A stretch of 64,000 bases of DNA. Source: Lepidodermella squamata (Eukaryota > Animalia > Gastrotricha). Under the pieces are notes generated by a model. It was not told the origin of the DNA, did not search any database, and saw only the letters and a program-made list of their open reading frames with translations. The stretch is taken from NCBI GenBank assembly GCA_047495785.1, contig JBLDXI010000064.1, positions 496,001 to 560,000 of the forward strand. Direction: 5' to 3'. Positions 51,638 through 64,000 of this stretch are shown one piece after another. Each line of letters begins with the position of its first letter. Within the stretch, counting starts at the first letter, position 1. Made by a program: the position numbers and the translations under genes.

Positions 51638-54600
51638 CAGAGGTGGAAACAGGTCAGGTTGACCGGCCGGTAGAGCGACCGGTTGCCGGTTGGGTCAGGT
51701 CGCCGGTTGGGTATGGGTCGGCTAAAGTCCGACCGGTTGACCGGTAAACATAAATTTTTATCCGTAAAGCGGAAATAAAAAATTGGAGCAGAAATGACCT
51801 CGGCAGTATAAATTCCTCAAAAAATTACTGCGCGGCGGTCGGGTAACGTGTAATGAAGCATGCTAGAGCACTTGATTGCTGATGAAAATGCGAGGAGGAG
51901 AAAAAAGTGTGCCGCACGAAAGGCTTGTAATTAACGCATGCGGAAATACTTCCTTGCTGAAAAAATGCGAGAAGTAAAACAGAAACAGCTATTAGATGGA
52001 CACATGTTATTACACGCAAAGCAATAATAAAAATCCAGTTACAGCCTTGAGAATGATTTTTCTTGATAGTAGACTACATTGAGCTGTTGTGTTCGTGAAA
52101 AACTCTCCATTTCAAATCAATCTCAATTCATCCAGCAGAATAAATTTCCAATTTTTTTGTTAGGAAATGAGCGACGACTACGAAGCTTTTTCGGCGGCAT
52201 CTGCTGCAACTGATGCTGTGGACTTGAGCGACACCGACGAGATCAACGAAGTGCCTGTGAAAGTCTTCGAAGTGGAGCAAGATCCCGACAAATTATCGGC
52301 TGCGGATATTACTAAAAATTCGATCGCAAATCGAACGAGTTTTGTCGCATCAAGAAGGCGACTAATCCATCTAGTTCAGATGAATGGGAGCACCTTCGTA
52401 TTCCAGGTTATTATTTAGCGACGGCGCCGGATGTACCGATTAAACTTCATGGTAGATGATTACTGCAATCAAATGTAGTTTATTGTAACTTTTTTTCCCA
52501 GGCTGGGTGGTTTGTGCGTATTGCTACAAGGCTTACAGATCGCATTCACCGCCTGATTCGAACGGCAAAAGGAAGAATCACGGTCTTTCGTCGCCAAGTC
52601 AACATGTTAGTACATGCGCTATGCGTCCCAAAAAAGCTACAAACAGCGAAATCGAAGGTAGCAGTGCAAACAGCACGAAAAGTCAACAACTTATCACGAA
52701 ATTTGCTCGAAAGAAGAACGTTCAGTTCACCGACAACGAGCGAAACAAAGTCAAGGACGCCCAATCGAAGTTTGTCGTCGGTGGCGAGCATTCTTTTCGA
52801 ACGGTGGAAGAATCGGGTCTGGTTGAACTTTTACAGCTGTTCGCTAATCTAGGAGCGTTACACGGGGCTTTCGACGTTACGGAACTTCTTTTCGGCAGGA
52901 AGACGATTTCCGACTACACGCGTTTGAAATTTGTTGCATTTGTCGAATCTATCAAGGTTTTGCTGGACCCATTCATTCGCAGAAATGAAGTCGCTTGCAC
53001 CCTCGACTTGTGGCGCGACGATTACGTTCATCGCTACTACTTGGATTTTACGATTTTCTGGCCGGAAGAAGACCAGCTGAGACACACGATGCTGAGATGC
53101 AAGGTGTTTGAAGAAGAGAAGAAAACCGGTGAGAATATTCGTAAAGAAGTTAACAAGATCTTCACGGAGTTCAAGCTGAAGGAGGGTGATACGCCCACGA
53201 CTACTGACCGCGGCTCTAACGTAGTCCTCGCCCTTAAAGAAGAAACGAATCTACCATGCTTTTGTCACCGCTCGGCGACGGCTATTGAGGATACCTGGGA
53301 GGAGATGAAGGATGAAGTTGTTGAGTTCCGCAACTTTGATGCCAGTGTACGATCGTTGACGACCTACGTGAATCAATCCGGTATAGTTTTGTCTTGAGAA
53401 ATTTTAAGGTCTGAATGACTTTTCATAAAATACTCAGGGATATCTCAGGATGATCTGCCGAGAACGATCAAATCTTTCTCTGGTACTCGTGCTTGGCGTT
53501 CGTATCACCTGGTACTTGAGTCGATTTTGATATCTTACGATGCTTTGGAGAACGCCGTTCTCAGAGCTCGTAATGAGGAATACAAGGTTCAGGCGATTTC
53601 GAAGCAAATTCTCAAGGATGTTTCCGAGTTCATGGCTAAATTTAGCGCCGTGTTTGACAAGTTGGAGGCGAGCGACTGTCCTACATTGCAGTATGTCGTT
53701 CCCTCGTACTACGTCGTAACTGAAGTCATTTGTGCACCGAGCTCAACTGACTCGAATTTGATTGCAGTTTTCAAGCGAAAAATGGTCAACAATTTCCTGG
53801 TGAAATATTGGCCTAGTGTTGCTAAGTTGCATATGCTCGCAAGCGAGCTGGATCCTACATTTAAGGGCCTTCTTTACATTAATGATGCAAGCTATCGAAA
53901 AACGGTAGATTTTGGCAAAAAAGATTACAAATATAATTTCTGGAAGTTTTTCAGGTTTTGGCTGAGAATGTAGATCACATTGTACTTCTGGCGAAACAGT
54001 TGGCTATTGACGATCCCGCTTTCCAAGCCCCAAGTCACGATGGCTCCATCAGCGAGCCGGTGTCAAAAAAGAAACGTGCTAATGACATTTTCGAGATAGT
54101 TAGTTGTTTGGAACCGGCGCCGGAGCCAAGCTCGCGAAATGATTCAATCGAACTTCGCGTGAAAGCCGAGTTGAAGGACTATCGCGAATCCAGATTCCAG
54201 CTGCTCTCGGCTCGCGACGAGTTGGGTAGATCGAATCCTCTGCCATTTTGGAAAGTGAGTTAATTTCTTCTTTATGAGCTTTAATAGTTTAAGAGTATGT
54301 ATAATTATTTCGCAGCGAAACAGAGACCGCTTTCCAATAATTTCGCGGTTGATTCGACAAATTTACGTCATTCAGGCTAGTAGCGCGGAATCCGAGCGGC
54401 ATTTCTCATCGGCTGGCCATGTAGTTTCTTCTGATCGCAGCAGCTTAGCGGCGGATTCCGTTGAAGCTTGCGTCGTCCTCCGAGAGGCGTTCGTAAACAA
54501 TCTTTGGCCAGCGCCACTAGCTGCAGCGGTGATTACTGACTGATTACGATTTTCACTTATTTTGACAGATGAAGAGACATGAGAAGAGAAGATTTCGATC

Positions 54601-54804
54601 GACAAAGAGTGCCATTGCTTGATTAATGTATTTTCTTTTTATTAGGATTTTTACTTGGAAACCGGTGAAAAACCGGTAAAAAACCGGTTAACCGACGCCG
54701 GTCCACCGGTCTCCTACCGGCTTGGGTTGCCGGTGGAAGACTAAGGCTTGGGTTGGGTCGCCGGTCGGGTTGGGTCGGGATTTTCCGACCTGTTTCCACC
54801 TCTG
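51638..54804 (+). mobile_element. Full-length hAT DNA transposon (3167 bp)
   Basis: 18-bp TIR CAGAGGTGGAAACAGGTC, perfect 8-bp TSD TTTTGGTT, internal transposase gene. Confidence 0.96.
52167..54543 (+). CDS. hAT transposase with four introns and an apparent 1-nt deletion in the A run at 52314-52318
   Basis: BED-finger-like WEHL..CAYC..HVSTC; catalytic TLDLW, TTDRGSNV and ASSAESERHFS; CFCH motif; GTRAWRS; LPFWK dimerisation region. Confidence 0.88.
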
Positions 54805-57316
54805 TTTTGGTTCTCGATCTGGCCGTACGCGCTCAGCGTCGAAGAGTTGTTGCTGTTGAAGCAGCGCGGTACTGAAGCCGTTTACTTCGATTTGCCGAAA
54901 ATGCCAGGAAAATCGACTCTATTCAATCCGGAAGTTTTTTACCTCGACGTCATCGGCTTACGTGAGTTATCTTTGTCAGATTGCATATCATGCCATCCCT
55001 TGCGTGCATTTTTCAGGAAGACCGCTTTGGAAAGTGAGCTGCGATGCAACGGTAAACGCGACAGGTGCCATATCGGCTTTCCCAATAGCCGACCAAGGCA
55101 AATTGGCCGTAATCTACAGCTCAGCATTACCGTCGAGCCAGAAGAGAGACGGCGCCTATTTCGAGATTCAAATCAAGACTAATCCCACGCGAACTACTGG
55201 CGATGATGGCTACGCAATCTATATCGTGAAAGCCTCCAGTTTGGCAATAAAGCCAGGTAAAAATGCCGAATAAAATGAAATATCTTTCTACTCTTAATGC
55301 AGGTGATTGCCAGGTTTTCAGCAATTACGGACTCCGAAACGAGAGTGGCGTACTTCAAGCTGGCTTTCGGATCCGCCACTTCAAGGCTCTGATCCACGTC
55401 AACCTATTTAATAGCACAACTGACAGTCGAATGTGGCAGGATTTCAATAAGTTCGGTCTGCAAGCAATTAGTTCAAATTCGTTGTATGGCATCATCGGCA
55501 TGAACTGTGTGGGTCCAACTCGACCCGCTAATTTGACCTACACCATAAGTTTGATCGATGATAACATTATTGTTTCTCTTATCGAAAATCGTGACAACAA
55601 AAACAAGCAAACTTGCGCGTCGATCCGCAACCCTGCACTCTATAATTACCTGAAAAGTGGGGAATACACAATTGCGGTTGCGGTTGGGAATTTGGTGTTG
55701 GATGCTGCAAGTAGAGCCGAAGTTATCAGCATCACCCATTCGATAATCGCAAGTGATACAACTTCCTCGACTTCTACAACATCAGCTTCGACTCTTTCGA
55801 CTAAAGTAGATACCACTGGTACGACTGCATTATCCACACAGGCAACGAGTACTTTTACGAGTCAAACCAAAACAACATCTGATACCAGGATGCCCGAAAC
55901 CTCGACAGTGACAGTGACGAGTATTCCTACTGGCGAAATGTCTACAGTCGATGGTACATCCAGTTCAAGCCGAACTTCTTTTGTTAGTCCAATTGATGAA
56001 ATTGATATGGAAGCCATCTATCTAGCCTTTGAAGCTAGGTTTGAGAACCTAACTTTCCCAATCCCGCCTACACCCAAACCAATCTCAAATCTAACAACTG
56101 ATGAGCTCATCTGGTGGTGTCCTGATCTATCTCCAATCAATCGTAGCCCATCACCAGTGCATCTACCTCTAAGACTTACTTTCACGTTGGATCGTCTTGC
56201 GAAGATCGATGAGGTTGGCAAGAAATTCTCAGCAACTGGCCAATTGTACACGCGATGGATGGTCGTGCGATGCCGCTTCAACGAGTCCTACACGTTTGAT
56301 CGTCTGAAAATTCTCGATCTCACTTCGATCTGGCACCCTGAGATAGAGTTCAAAAACGCTGCGAGTGATTTCGGAATGACATCGGACTCGATAGGCAACT
56401 ATATGGAGTTGTATTTGAATCGAACCGAAGAGAATGCAACATTGTGGCCGCTCTACTTCTACTGGAAACAGTTCGGCTTGTTCGAGGCCAGCTGCGATTT
56501 CAACCTCGAGAAATTCCCGTTTGATACCCAGAAGTGCGAGATCATCTTCAGAGTTCAACAGCCTTTAAATTTAGTCACTATTGCCAAGGCGAATCTTTCG
56601 ATGATGGATAGCGAGTCGATCAGTACCTTAGAAGAATGGCGAGTCTATCCGATCGGCTACAGCATCGAAATGGTCCGAAACGGTGATTTGGCATCGAGCC
56701 AAGTCGTGTTTTCGCTCGAACTGCGCCGCAAACCAGACTATTTCATGTTCAATCTGCTCGGTCCGTGCTTCGTGTTGACTCTTCTCGCGTTCAGTACGGT
56801 TCTGCTGCCGCCGAGCAACAGCGACCGTGTTTGCTTCAACGTGTATCTCCTCCTTGCTTACACAGCATCGATCGGGCCGTTGGCGGCGAAGATCCCGCGA
56901 TCCAATCAACGCGTCCTGATCTCGGATCTCATCATGACGCTGGAGGCTGTCAGCCTGCTGCTCACGACTGAGAGCTTGTTCGTGTTCTGGCTCAGCCAAC
57001 GCAAATCGAAGGCGCATTTGTGCCGGAGGATCGACGGGGTTTGCTACGGCATCCTGTTGCTAGCTGTTTCTGGTCTGATTCTGTACTGCGCCAAGCAAGG
57101 CTGAGAAAGCTTGATAGCTGCGTAACCAGATCTTCACATGTGCAGGCCTGCGAAAGATGCTTATATTATAAATTTCGATGTCGTTCAGTTGTTGCTAATA
57201 AATTTGACAAGTTTATTCCTCGGAAACATGGAAAGCTTAAACTCGAAAATACAGCGAGAAATGGCGGGAAATCATACAGAAAGAAATGGCTATGTTTTTT
57301 CTATGGAGAATTCAGC

Positions 57317-57483
57317 CAGAGACTTTGATTTGATTTGATTTGATTGTGATTGATTTGAATTAGGCTATTTGATTAACTGTTTGGGCTCACTAATATCAAT
57401 TTCCAACATTGATGATTGATTTAAAAAGACCTGTGATTTACTAAAGATTTTACTAAAGAAATCAAATCAAATCAAAGTCACTG
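57317..57483. mobile_element. Short member of the (GATTT)n hAT-like MITE family
   Basis: TIRs cagagactttgatttg and caaatcaaagtcactg, same type as 38002-38444; no TSD recognisable. Confidence 0.7.
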
Positions 57484-57584
57484 TTCGGGACAGTCTTTTT
57501 GCGGCTGGGTAACGGTGATCTACCACTCCGCAGTCGTGCAGCTCTAAATGCAAATGTACAAATTTGAACGAATCTTGCTCCCTT

Positions 57585-57960
57585 GCACCCTACTCTTACT
57601 ACTCCTACTCTTTATTTATGATTGTTGCCTTTCGACATTTAGCATTCGGTATCATACATCATCACAAGGCTTATGAGTCAACTATTCCCATGATTGATGG
57701 TCGTAGCCACATCTTGATTGCCGGTGAATGGCGTCCTACACCGGGAGGTAGGAAACCGCAGTCTCGGGTGGATTTGCTTGGCGGGAACGCACTCGAGGAT
57801 GCCCTTGGCTCCGTAGTCGGCGACTTGCTCCCCCCGGACCGCCGGGCTTGGGCCGCTCGACTTGCTGTTAGTAGGTCTTGTACTGGTTGTTGGACATCCG
57901 AATTCGGGCAGTCCAAGCCCAGCTGTCCAGGAAGTCCAGCGGCTCAAATACGGTGGCCCA
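57585..57960 (-). mobile_element. Probable LINE 3' remnant with a simple-repeat tail
   Basis: GC-rich island; minus frame LGH...QQPVQDLL...RRSGG resembles LINE post-RT C-termini; ends in AATAAA plus a GAGTAG-type tail. Confidence 0.4.
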
Positions 57961-58392
57961 ATTGTAGTCAGATTGTAGTCGATTGTAGTAACTTCACGAG
58001 AGTACGGTTAGCTCGTCCGAATACTAAAGGGGGACGATGTCGATTTGTGCTATCCCTACCAGATCCGCGGTCCTACTTCGCTCCATGGATCAACCGTTTT
58101 ACGAAAAATACATCGCTCTATTGAGCATCTATAAACCTGCTTACGCCGACTTTCTCTCTGCTATGCTTTCATTCGGTTTGAAGCAGAATATCTTTCGTTA
58201 TTTTGAAAATTAAAAATTCCGGCCTGACAGGTTTTTGCTAGAGGCCTGGGCAATTTTTATTGCACGGGCAAACAACATTGCCGCCCCAAAGCAAACAAAT
58301 CTTCGAAGAGGTCGCTCGAAATTGAAGTTTTATCAGCATCAAACTGTTCAATAATTCCGTCGATTTTTGACCTCTGGTTTTTCGAGCTTGAA

Positions 58393-61300
58393 ATGATCAG
58401 ATTGGTGTTGGCTGCTTCTTTAGCAGCGACTTGTTTCGCAGCTATGATGAAGAGCGCGCCAGTTGCTTTCTGGCCGTTGCGACATTCGCAAAAGCTCGCA
58501 GACTACAGTGGCAATGGCATCAACGGCGTGAGCGACAGCCCGATAAAATTCATCGATGGCACCGGCCCGAACGCATGGACAACTCCAATTCAACTTGGGC
58601 CGAATGCAGATGACAACATCAAATTCAGGGATGAACTTCATTTAAGCCTGAGAAACGCATGGACCTACGCGCTCTACTTCAGAATCGACACATCTAAGGA
58701 AGTGCCTATTTTTGAATACAGTTCTAAGGAACGTGATGATAAGATCGGCTTTCATTTATGGGCTAATTACGCCGACGGTGGAAACCGAGCAAATTATGTA
58801 TACGCCAAGGTTCGTCAAAGCTATGACGTTATTCAGGCGCCGTGCGAGTTCAGTTCGGCCTGGAGATTCGTCGCAGTTTCATTCAACGGCACAAGTCTCA
58901 GCTTGTTTTGCGAAGACAACTTTGTGAATAGCAAGGATTGGAGTATATCAGCTGATACCTCAACAGGCGAGATATTCCTCGGTAAAAGGCCGGGTCAAGG
59001 CACTGGCGTTACGACGTATGCATTTTGGTTCTCGATCTGGCCTTACGCGCTCAGTGTTGAAGAATTGCTGGTGTTGAAGAAGCGCGGTGCTGAGGCTGCT
59101 TTTCTCGACGCAAGCAACACCGGATTTTTCACTGCACAACTTTACTATGTTAATGTCATGGGATTGCGTGAGTCGAAGTAATCTTCAATTCATAAAGTAG
59201 CCTTAGCTCTTAGCTTACGTTTTCTTCACCGAAAGTGTTAAGAAATTTCGGTCATTAACAACAGAAACAATCTCTTGGTAGTCATCCCCACAGCATGGAT
59301 TTGGCTGTTAGGCAGTGCGTGAAGTAAGAAGCTCGGTCCAGTGGTGTTTATAGGTCTACATTTTATGACCAACTCTGTGGTTTTTTTGGATTTTCCTTGG
59401 CCCTACAGAGATTTTATCGTCCTCGAATTATTCATTGCAAAAAACTTGAATTCTTCGCTACATTTGATTTTATCCCAGGCGGTTCCCAGTGGAAAACGAG
59501 CTGCGATGTCACAACAACAGATGGTGTGATAACAGCCTTCCCCAGCCCCGGCGAGAACAAAGTTGCTGTATTGTACAACACCGATTTGACAGGCATCCAG
59601 ACTACTGATGGAGCGCATTTCGAAATCAGAATCAAAACGTCGCAAGCTGATTCAGACGGTTATGCCATTTATTTCGTAAGAAGCAGCAGTATAGCCGATG
59701 AACCACGTAAAGAAACCCCGCAGGGCTTCGCATTGTTCGTTTTTATTGTTCGTTTTTATTTAGAGTATTGTCAGATCTACAAAAATTACGGCTTGCAAAC
59801 CGAGAGCGGTCAACTGCAAGCAGGATTTCGAATTCGCCACTACAAGTCTCTGATTCACGTCAACCTGTTCGACAGTTCAGATGACATGTCGATGTGGCAG
59901 GATGAAAACAAATTCGGCCTGCATGCAATCAGCACAGCGTCTTCTTATGGCATTATCGGCAGCAACTGCACCGGTCCAACTGAGCCCGCTGATCTCACCT
60001 ACTCGATAAATCTCATCGATGGCAAAATTGTTGTTGATCTCATCCAAAATCGTGATAAAGGCACGAGGCAAACTTGCGCGTCAGTTTCCAACTCAACGCT
60101 GATTAATTACCTGAAAAGTGGGCAATACACGATAGCAGTAGCTGTTGGAAATTCGGATCAGAAATACGCGAATGGAGCCGAAGTGATCAGCATCTCACAT
60201 ATGCGAGTCGAAAGTGTTACAACTTCCTCGTCGACCCAGACTTCAACGGCAACTTCAACGTCGACAACTTCAACCACAAGCACAACCGGGGAGTCCTCAG
60301 CAACATCCACACCAACCCCAGCCACCTCGAGTAGTCCGACTTCTCCCGGTTTTTCCCGCTACCCCGGCTCCATCCTTAACCTAACCCCCGCTACTTCGAC
60401 TGCTCCAACTAAAATGCCTAGCAGTGATACGCCTCTAACATTCACGGTCACTCCAAGTACTGCGACGGATCATACGACTAATTCCAATGAGCAAGCCAGC
60501 CCAAGTACACCGACGTCAATCAACATGGCTGCGACCGATAGGTCAGTCGTAACTCTGAGCTCCCTAACTACTCCAGGTTATGACAAGGAATTTGAAGCCC
60601 TGTTTCAAGCTTTCGAAGCTATGGCTGAGAATGAATCTTTTCCGATTCCACCAAAACCTAAACCAAGCTCGAATCTAACAGCAAAGGAACTCATCTGGTG
60701 GTGTTCCGACTTGTCTCCCTTAAATCGAAGCCCATCGCCGGTTAATCTGCCCCTGAGAATCACCTTCACGTTAGATCGTCTTGCGAAAGTCGAAGAGATC
60801 GGAAAAACATTTTCGGTTACGGGCCAGTTGTACACACGCTGGATGGTCGTACGATGTCGCTTCAACGAATCCTTCACGCTCGATCGAATCAGAATTGTTG
60901 ACCTTAGTTCTATTTGGCGCCCCGAGATTGAGTTCAGAAACGCTGCCAGTGACACCGGAATGACATCGGACTCGATTGGCAACTACCTGGAATTGTATTT
61001 AAATAGAACTGTAGAGAATGCAACATTGTGGCCACTGTACTTCTACTGGAAACAGTTCGGCCTGTTCGAGGCCAGCTGCGATTTCAACCTCGAGCGATTT
61101 CCGTTTGATACCCAGAAGTGCGAAATCATCTTCAGAATTCAACAGCCTTTGAATTTGGTAACTATTACCAAGGCGAACCTATCAATGATGGATAGCGAAT
61201 CGCTAAGTACCCTAGAAGAATGGCGAGTCTATCCGATTGGCTACAGCATCGAAATGGTCCGAAACGGTGATTTGGCATCCAGCCAAGTCGTGTTTTCGCT

Positions 61301-61688
61301 CGAACTACGCCGCAAACCGGACTATTTCATGTTCAATCTGCTCGGTCCGTGCTTCGTGTTGACTGTTCTCGCGTTCAGTACGGTTCTGCTGCCGCCGAGC
61401 AACAGCGACCGTGTTTGCTTCAACGTGTACCTGCTCCTTGCTTACACAGCATCGATCGGGCCGTTGGCGGCGAAGATCCCGCGATCCAATCAACGCGTGC
61501 TCATCTCGGATCTCATCATGGCGCTGGAGGCTGTCAGCCTGCTGCTGACGACTGAAAGCCTGCTCGTGTTCTGGCTCAGCCAGCGCAAATCGAAGGCGCA
61601 TTTGTGTCGAAAGATCGACATCAGTTGCTACGGCATCCTGTTGCTAGCTGTGGCTGGTTTTGTATTCTACTGCCTTAAAAGGGCTTAG
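58393..61688 (+). CDS. Lectin-domain-fused Cys-loop channel, paralogue B, intact (975 aa); exons 58393-59167, 59479-59706, 59764-61688
   Basis: Signal peptide; AFWPL..DYSGNG..WTYALYF..PIFEY..WRFVAVSFNG (LamG/pentraxin-like); FEIRIK..DGYAIYF (L-lectin-like); Ser/Thr/Pro stalk; IWRPEI, CDFNLERFPFDTQKC, LRRKPDYFMFNLLGP, four TM helices. Confidence 0.9.
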
Positions 61689-62086
61689 ATACATTGAAAC
61701 TTATCGTTCTTAAGTAAGGAAATATTATATAAATTGATGAATATTGTAGGTCGTGTCTAATGTATGTGGTACTTGTTTTCAAGTTTGTAGAAAAATACCT
61801 TGAAAGCGTTGTAAGTATTTCTATTTGACTGGTTTTTTTAGGCTCTTAGCTTATCATTCTTGAAGCTGTTCATTCTCTATGGGATCTCAAATGCTCTCCA
61901 GCTTTTCCAAATGTAGTCAATAATTTACTTTTTACTTTTCAACGGCTTGACAACGATGACTTGGAACATCAGGGAATAAAATAAAAAAAGTTCTCAAACA
62001 AAATAACTGATCACAACAAATCACGCGAGTCCACGTCGATAATCCGCCTAAATTGATCATTGCTATACTATTATGTGATCTAATTA

Positions 62087-63990
62087 CTATTTATCGTAGA
62101 GAAGCCTCGAGTCATTCGGCGGGTAGTTGATCGTGTACATGCGCCCGCCAACCTTCGCCCCATCAACCGGCGCCGATTCGCAAACCGAAGTTTTCGCTGC
62201 AGGTTCACATTTCGGCCCATCCAGCCCGCCGTAGTACGTCGGATTTTCAACGTAGGTCGGCGCCAATTTGCGTTCCTCCTCGCCGTCGTTGTAGTCATCC
62301 TCGTCGCTGCGCAGGGTTGTGTAGTCGTTGTAGAGGCACGACGATGGAACATTCAGCGAACTCACGCGGGCTGCGTCGCTCGAAATGCAGTTCGGGTCGA
62401 AGAGCGGCTGCTCGCGGACGTCACGCCGGTGGACGAAGTAGACGAGGGCGCAGTAGATGGCGAGTTGGATGAGGAAAATCACGCCCGTCATGTAGAAAAC
62501 GTCATCGTGCGATTTTCGCAAATCATAGATTCCACCGGTCAGGAGAGGCCCAAGCAGCAATCCAACGCCAGAACACGTATTCGTATATCCCCACTAAAGG
62601 AAAAACAAGAAAATACAAAAATTAGCTATGCCAAAGGATTCGTGGAACGCGACTGCGTAGAATGTCCTAAACCTTATTAGGTGCCCACAAGCTAATTATC
62701 CTAATTGGACCCCTGTCAAGGTCTTTTGGGACGATTCAACAAATTGAGACAAATAATACTCACCGCTTGGTCCTGAGGTAGCCGAGTAATGTCGACAGTT
62801 TCAGCGAAGGTGTAAACAATTGCGAAGCCAAGGAAGAACCCACTGCCAACTGATAGGCTGAGGATCATCACCCAACCAGCTTCATCAACGCTTGGCCACA
62901 TGAAGTAGATAGCTGATAAGGCTAAACTTGATATTAAATTGACGACAATAAGACGGCCTTTCAGTAAATCGCCGATGAGAGACGCCCCGATGTAGGCGAT
63001 GATCTCTGAGAAACTGAGGACGGTGACTGCGAGTGACGTCACGGCGCCCTGATAGCCCTGATCTCGCATGTAAGACGGTAAATTTACGACAGGCATGTAG
63101 AACCCGAGGAAGGTTGTTAGATTGACGGCGAACCACAGGATGACCTCGGGCTTCTTCAGTTGCTCCAGTGGAACTAGTAAGCTGCCTTTCGCCTCTCGCT
63201 GCTTCATCGCCGCGTATTCAGCGTTGTCGTAGCGGGACACGAAAACCGGGGCTGTAGCAAAGGCTGTGATGAACAGCAACACGGCAGCGATGCGGAACGA
63301 TATGCGCCAGCCATAAGTTGTGACCAGTTCAGCATAAATCGGGTTGAAAATTACAGAACCTATATTTGTAAACAAACATTGAATGAATTAGATTTTACCG
63401 TGAATTTTCCTAAAATACTAAAATAAAGTAGTTCAAATATTTACGTAAAATTTTGATAATCAGAAATTCAGAAAATACCCAATGGATATCCGCAGTAGAG
63501 TATGGATGTCCCTAACACGTGATACGGGTGAGTTTTGTCGAAATAATCGATTAGGATCAGCGAACTGGCCATGTAAGTCAACGAGGTGCCGATACCCTGC
63601 AGGACCGAGTAGGCGAATACAAGCGAGTGCATGGTGGTCATGAGTGAAGACAGGACGCACGACAGCGAGCAGATGATCATGCCGCCGAATATGCAATACT
63701 GATAGCCGGATGAGTCGAACATTCGGATGAAAGAAACGGAAATAGGAGCTAGTGTCATTGAAGTAGTCATCACCAGGGTTCCGATCCAATCTAACGAAAT
63801 AATAGATGAATGATGAATTCAGTCAATCCAATTTTTGAAAAGGACTTACTTCCTTCAGTCATCGATGATCTGTTGAAATCATCGCGCAGGTCAACCAAAA
63901 ACTGAGAAAGAATAGATGAAAAGACCGGAGATGAGTTTTGGTTGAAAACTTACTTCGCCGTAAGAATAGTGAAGGCCCGAGCGAATGACA
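62087..63990 (-). CDS. MFS transporter, monocarboxylate-transporter (SLC16)-like, multi-exon; 5' end outside the window
   Basis: WIG, YSVLQGIGTSLTY, YFDK, YGWRISFRI, GFYMP, LGPLLTGGIYD; several short GT-AG introns. Confidence 0.85.
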
Positions 63991-64000
63991 GTTACAAAGA

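Larger units (their letters stand above)
50997..57104 (+). pseudogene. Lectin-domain-fused Cys-loop channel, paralogue A (943 aa if repaired), with a hAT insertion in exon 1; exons 50997-51637 plus 54813-54961, 55017-55256, 55303-57104
   Basis: Removing the transposon and one TSD copy restores AFWFSIWPYALSVEELL, identical to paralogue B; same two phase-1 introns; Cys-loop CDFNLEKFPFDTQKC and four TM helices. Confidence 0.88.

Noticed and set aside
59397-59478. N-terminus of the 763-aa ORF as a real start
   Set aside because: Non-ATG start, no signal peptide, lies in the intron whose position is shared with paralogue A

Overview
Eukaryotic (invertebrate animal) DNA from a compact genome with mostly 45-60 nt introns, several of them GC-AG. 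No rRNA, true tRNA or CRISPR array was found. The main result is a pair of tandem paralogues (50997-57104 and 58393-61688) encoding chimeric pentameric ligand-gated ion channel (Cys-loop) subunits: signal peptide, LamG/pentraxin-like domain, L-type-lectin-like domain, Ser/Thr mucin stalk, Cys-loop domain and four TM helices with almost no intracellular loop. The first copy is interrupted by a full-length hAT transposon whose non-autonomous derivative sits in an EGF/C-type-lectin gene about 15 kb away. Other content: a third divergent intronless Cys-loop gene; an intron-rich nAChR-like subunit whose Cys-loop needs a 16-nt microexon; three intronless sulfotransferases around an MRP/ABCC transporter carrying one in-frame TGA; a tandem family of three small secreted cationic C-x17-C peptides; an 8-Cys secreted protein; a trypsin-sushi gene that may splice onto an ankyrin ORF; an orphan GPCR; a very large secreted multi-lectin-domain protein; and a partial SLC16-like transporter. 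Mobile DNA includes a truncated copia, a 3.8-kb foldback, several MITEs, a tRNA-derived SINE and LINE remnants. All domain names come from motif recognition by eye, not database searches.
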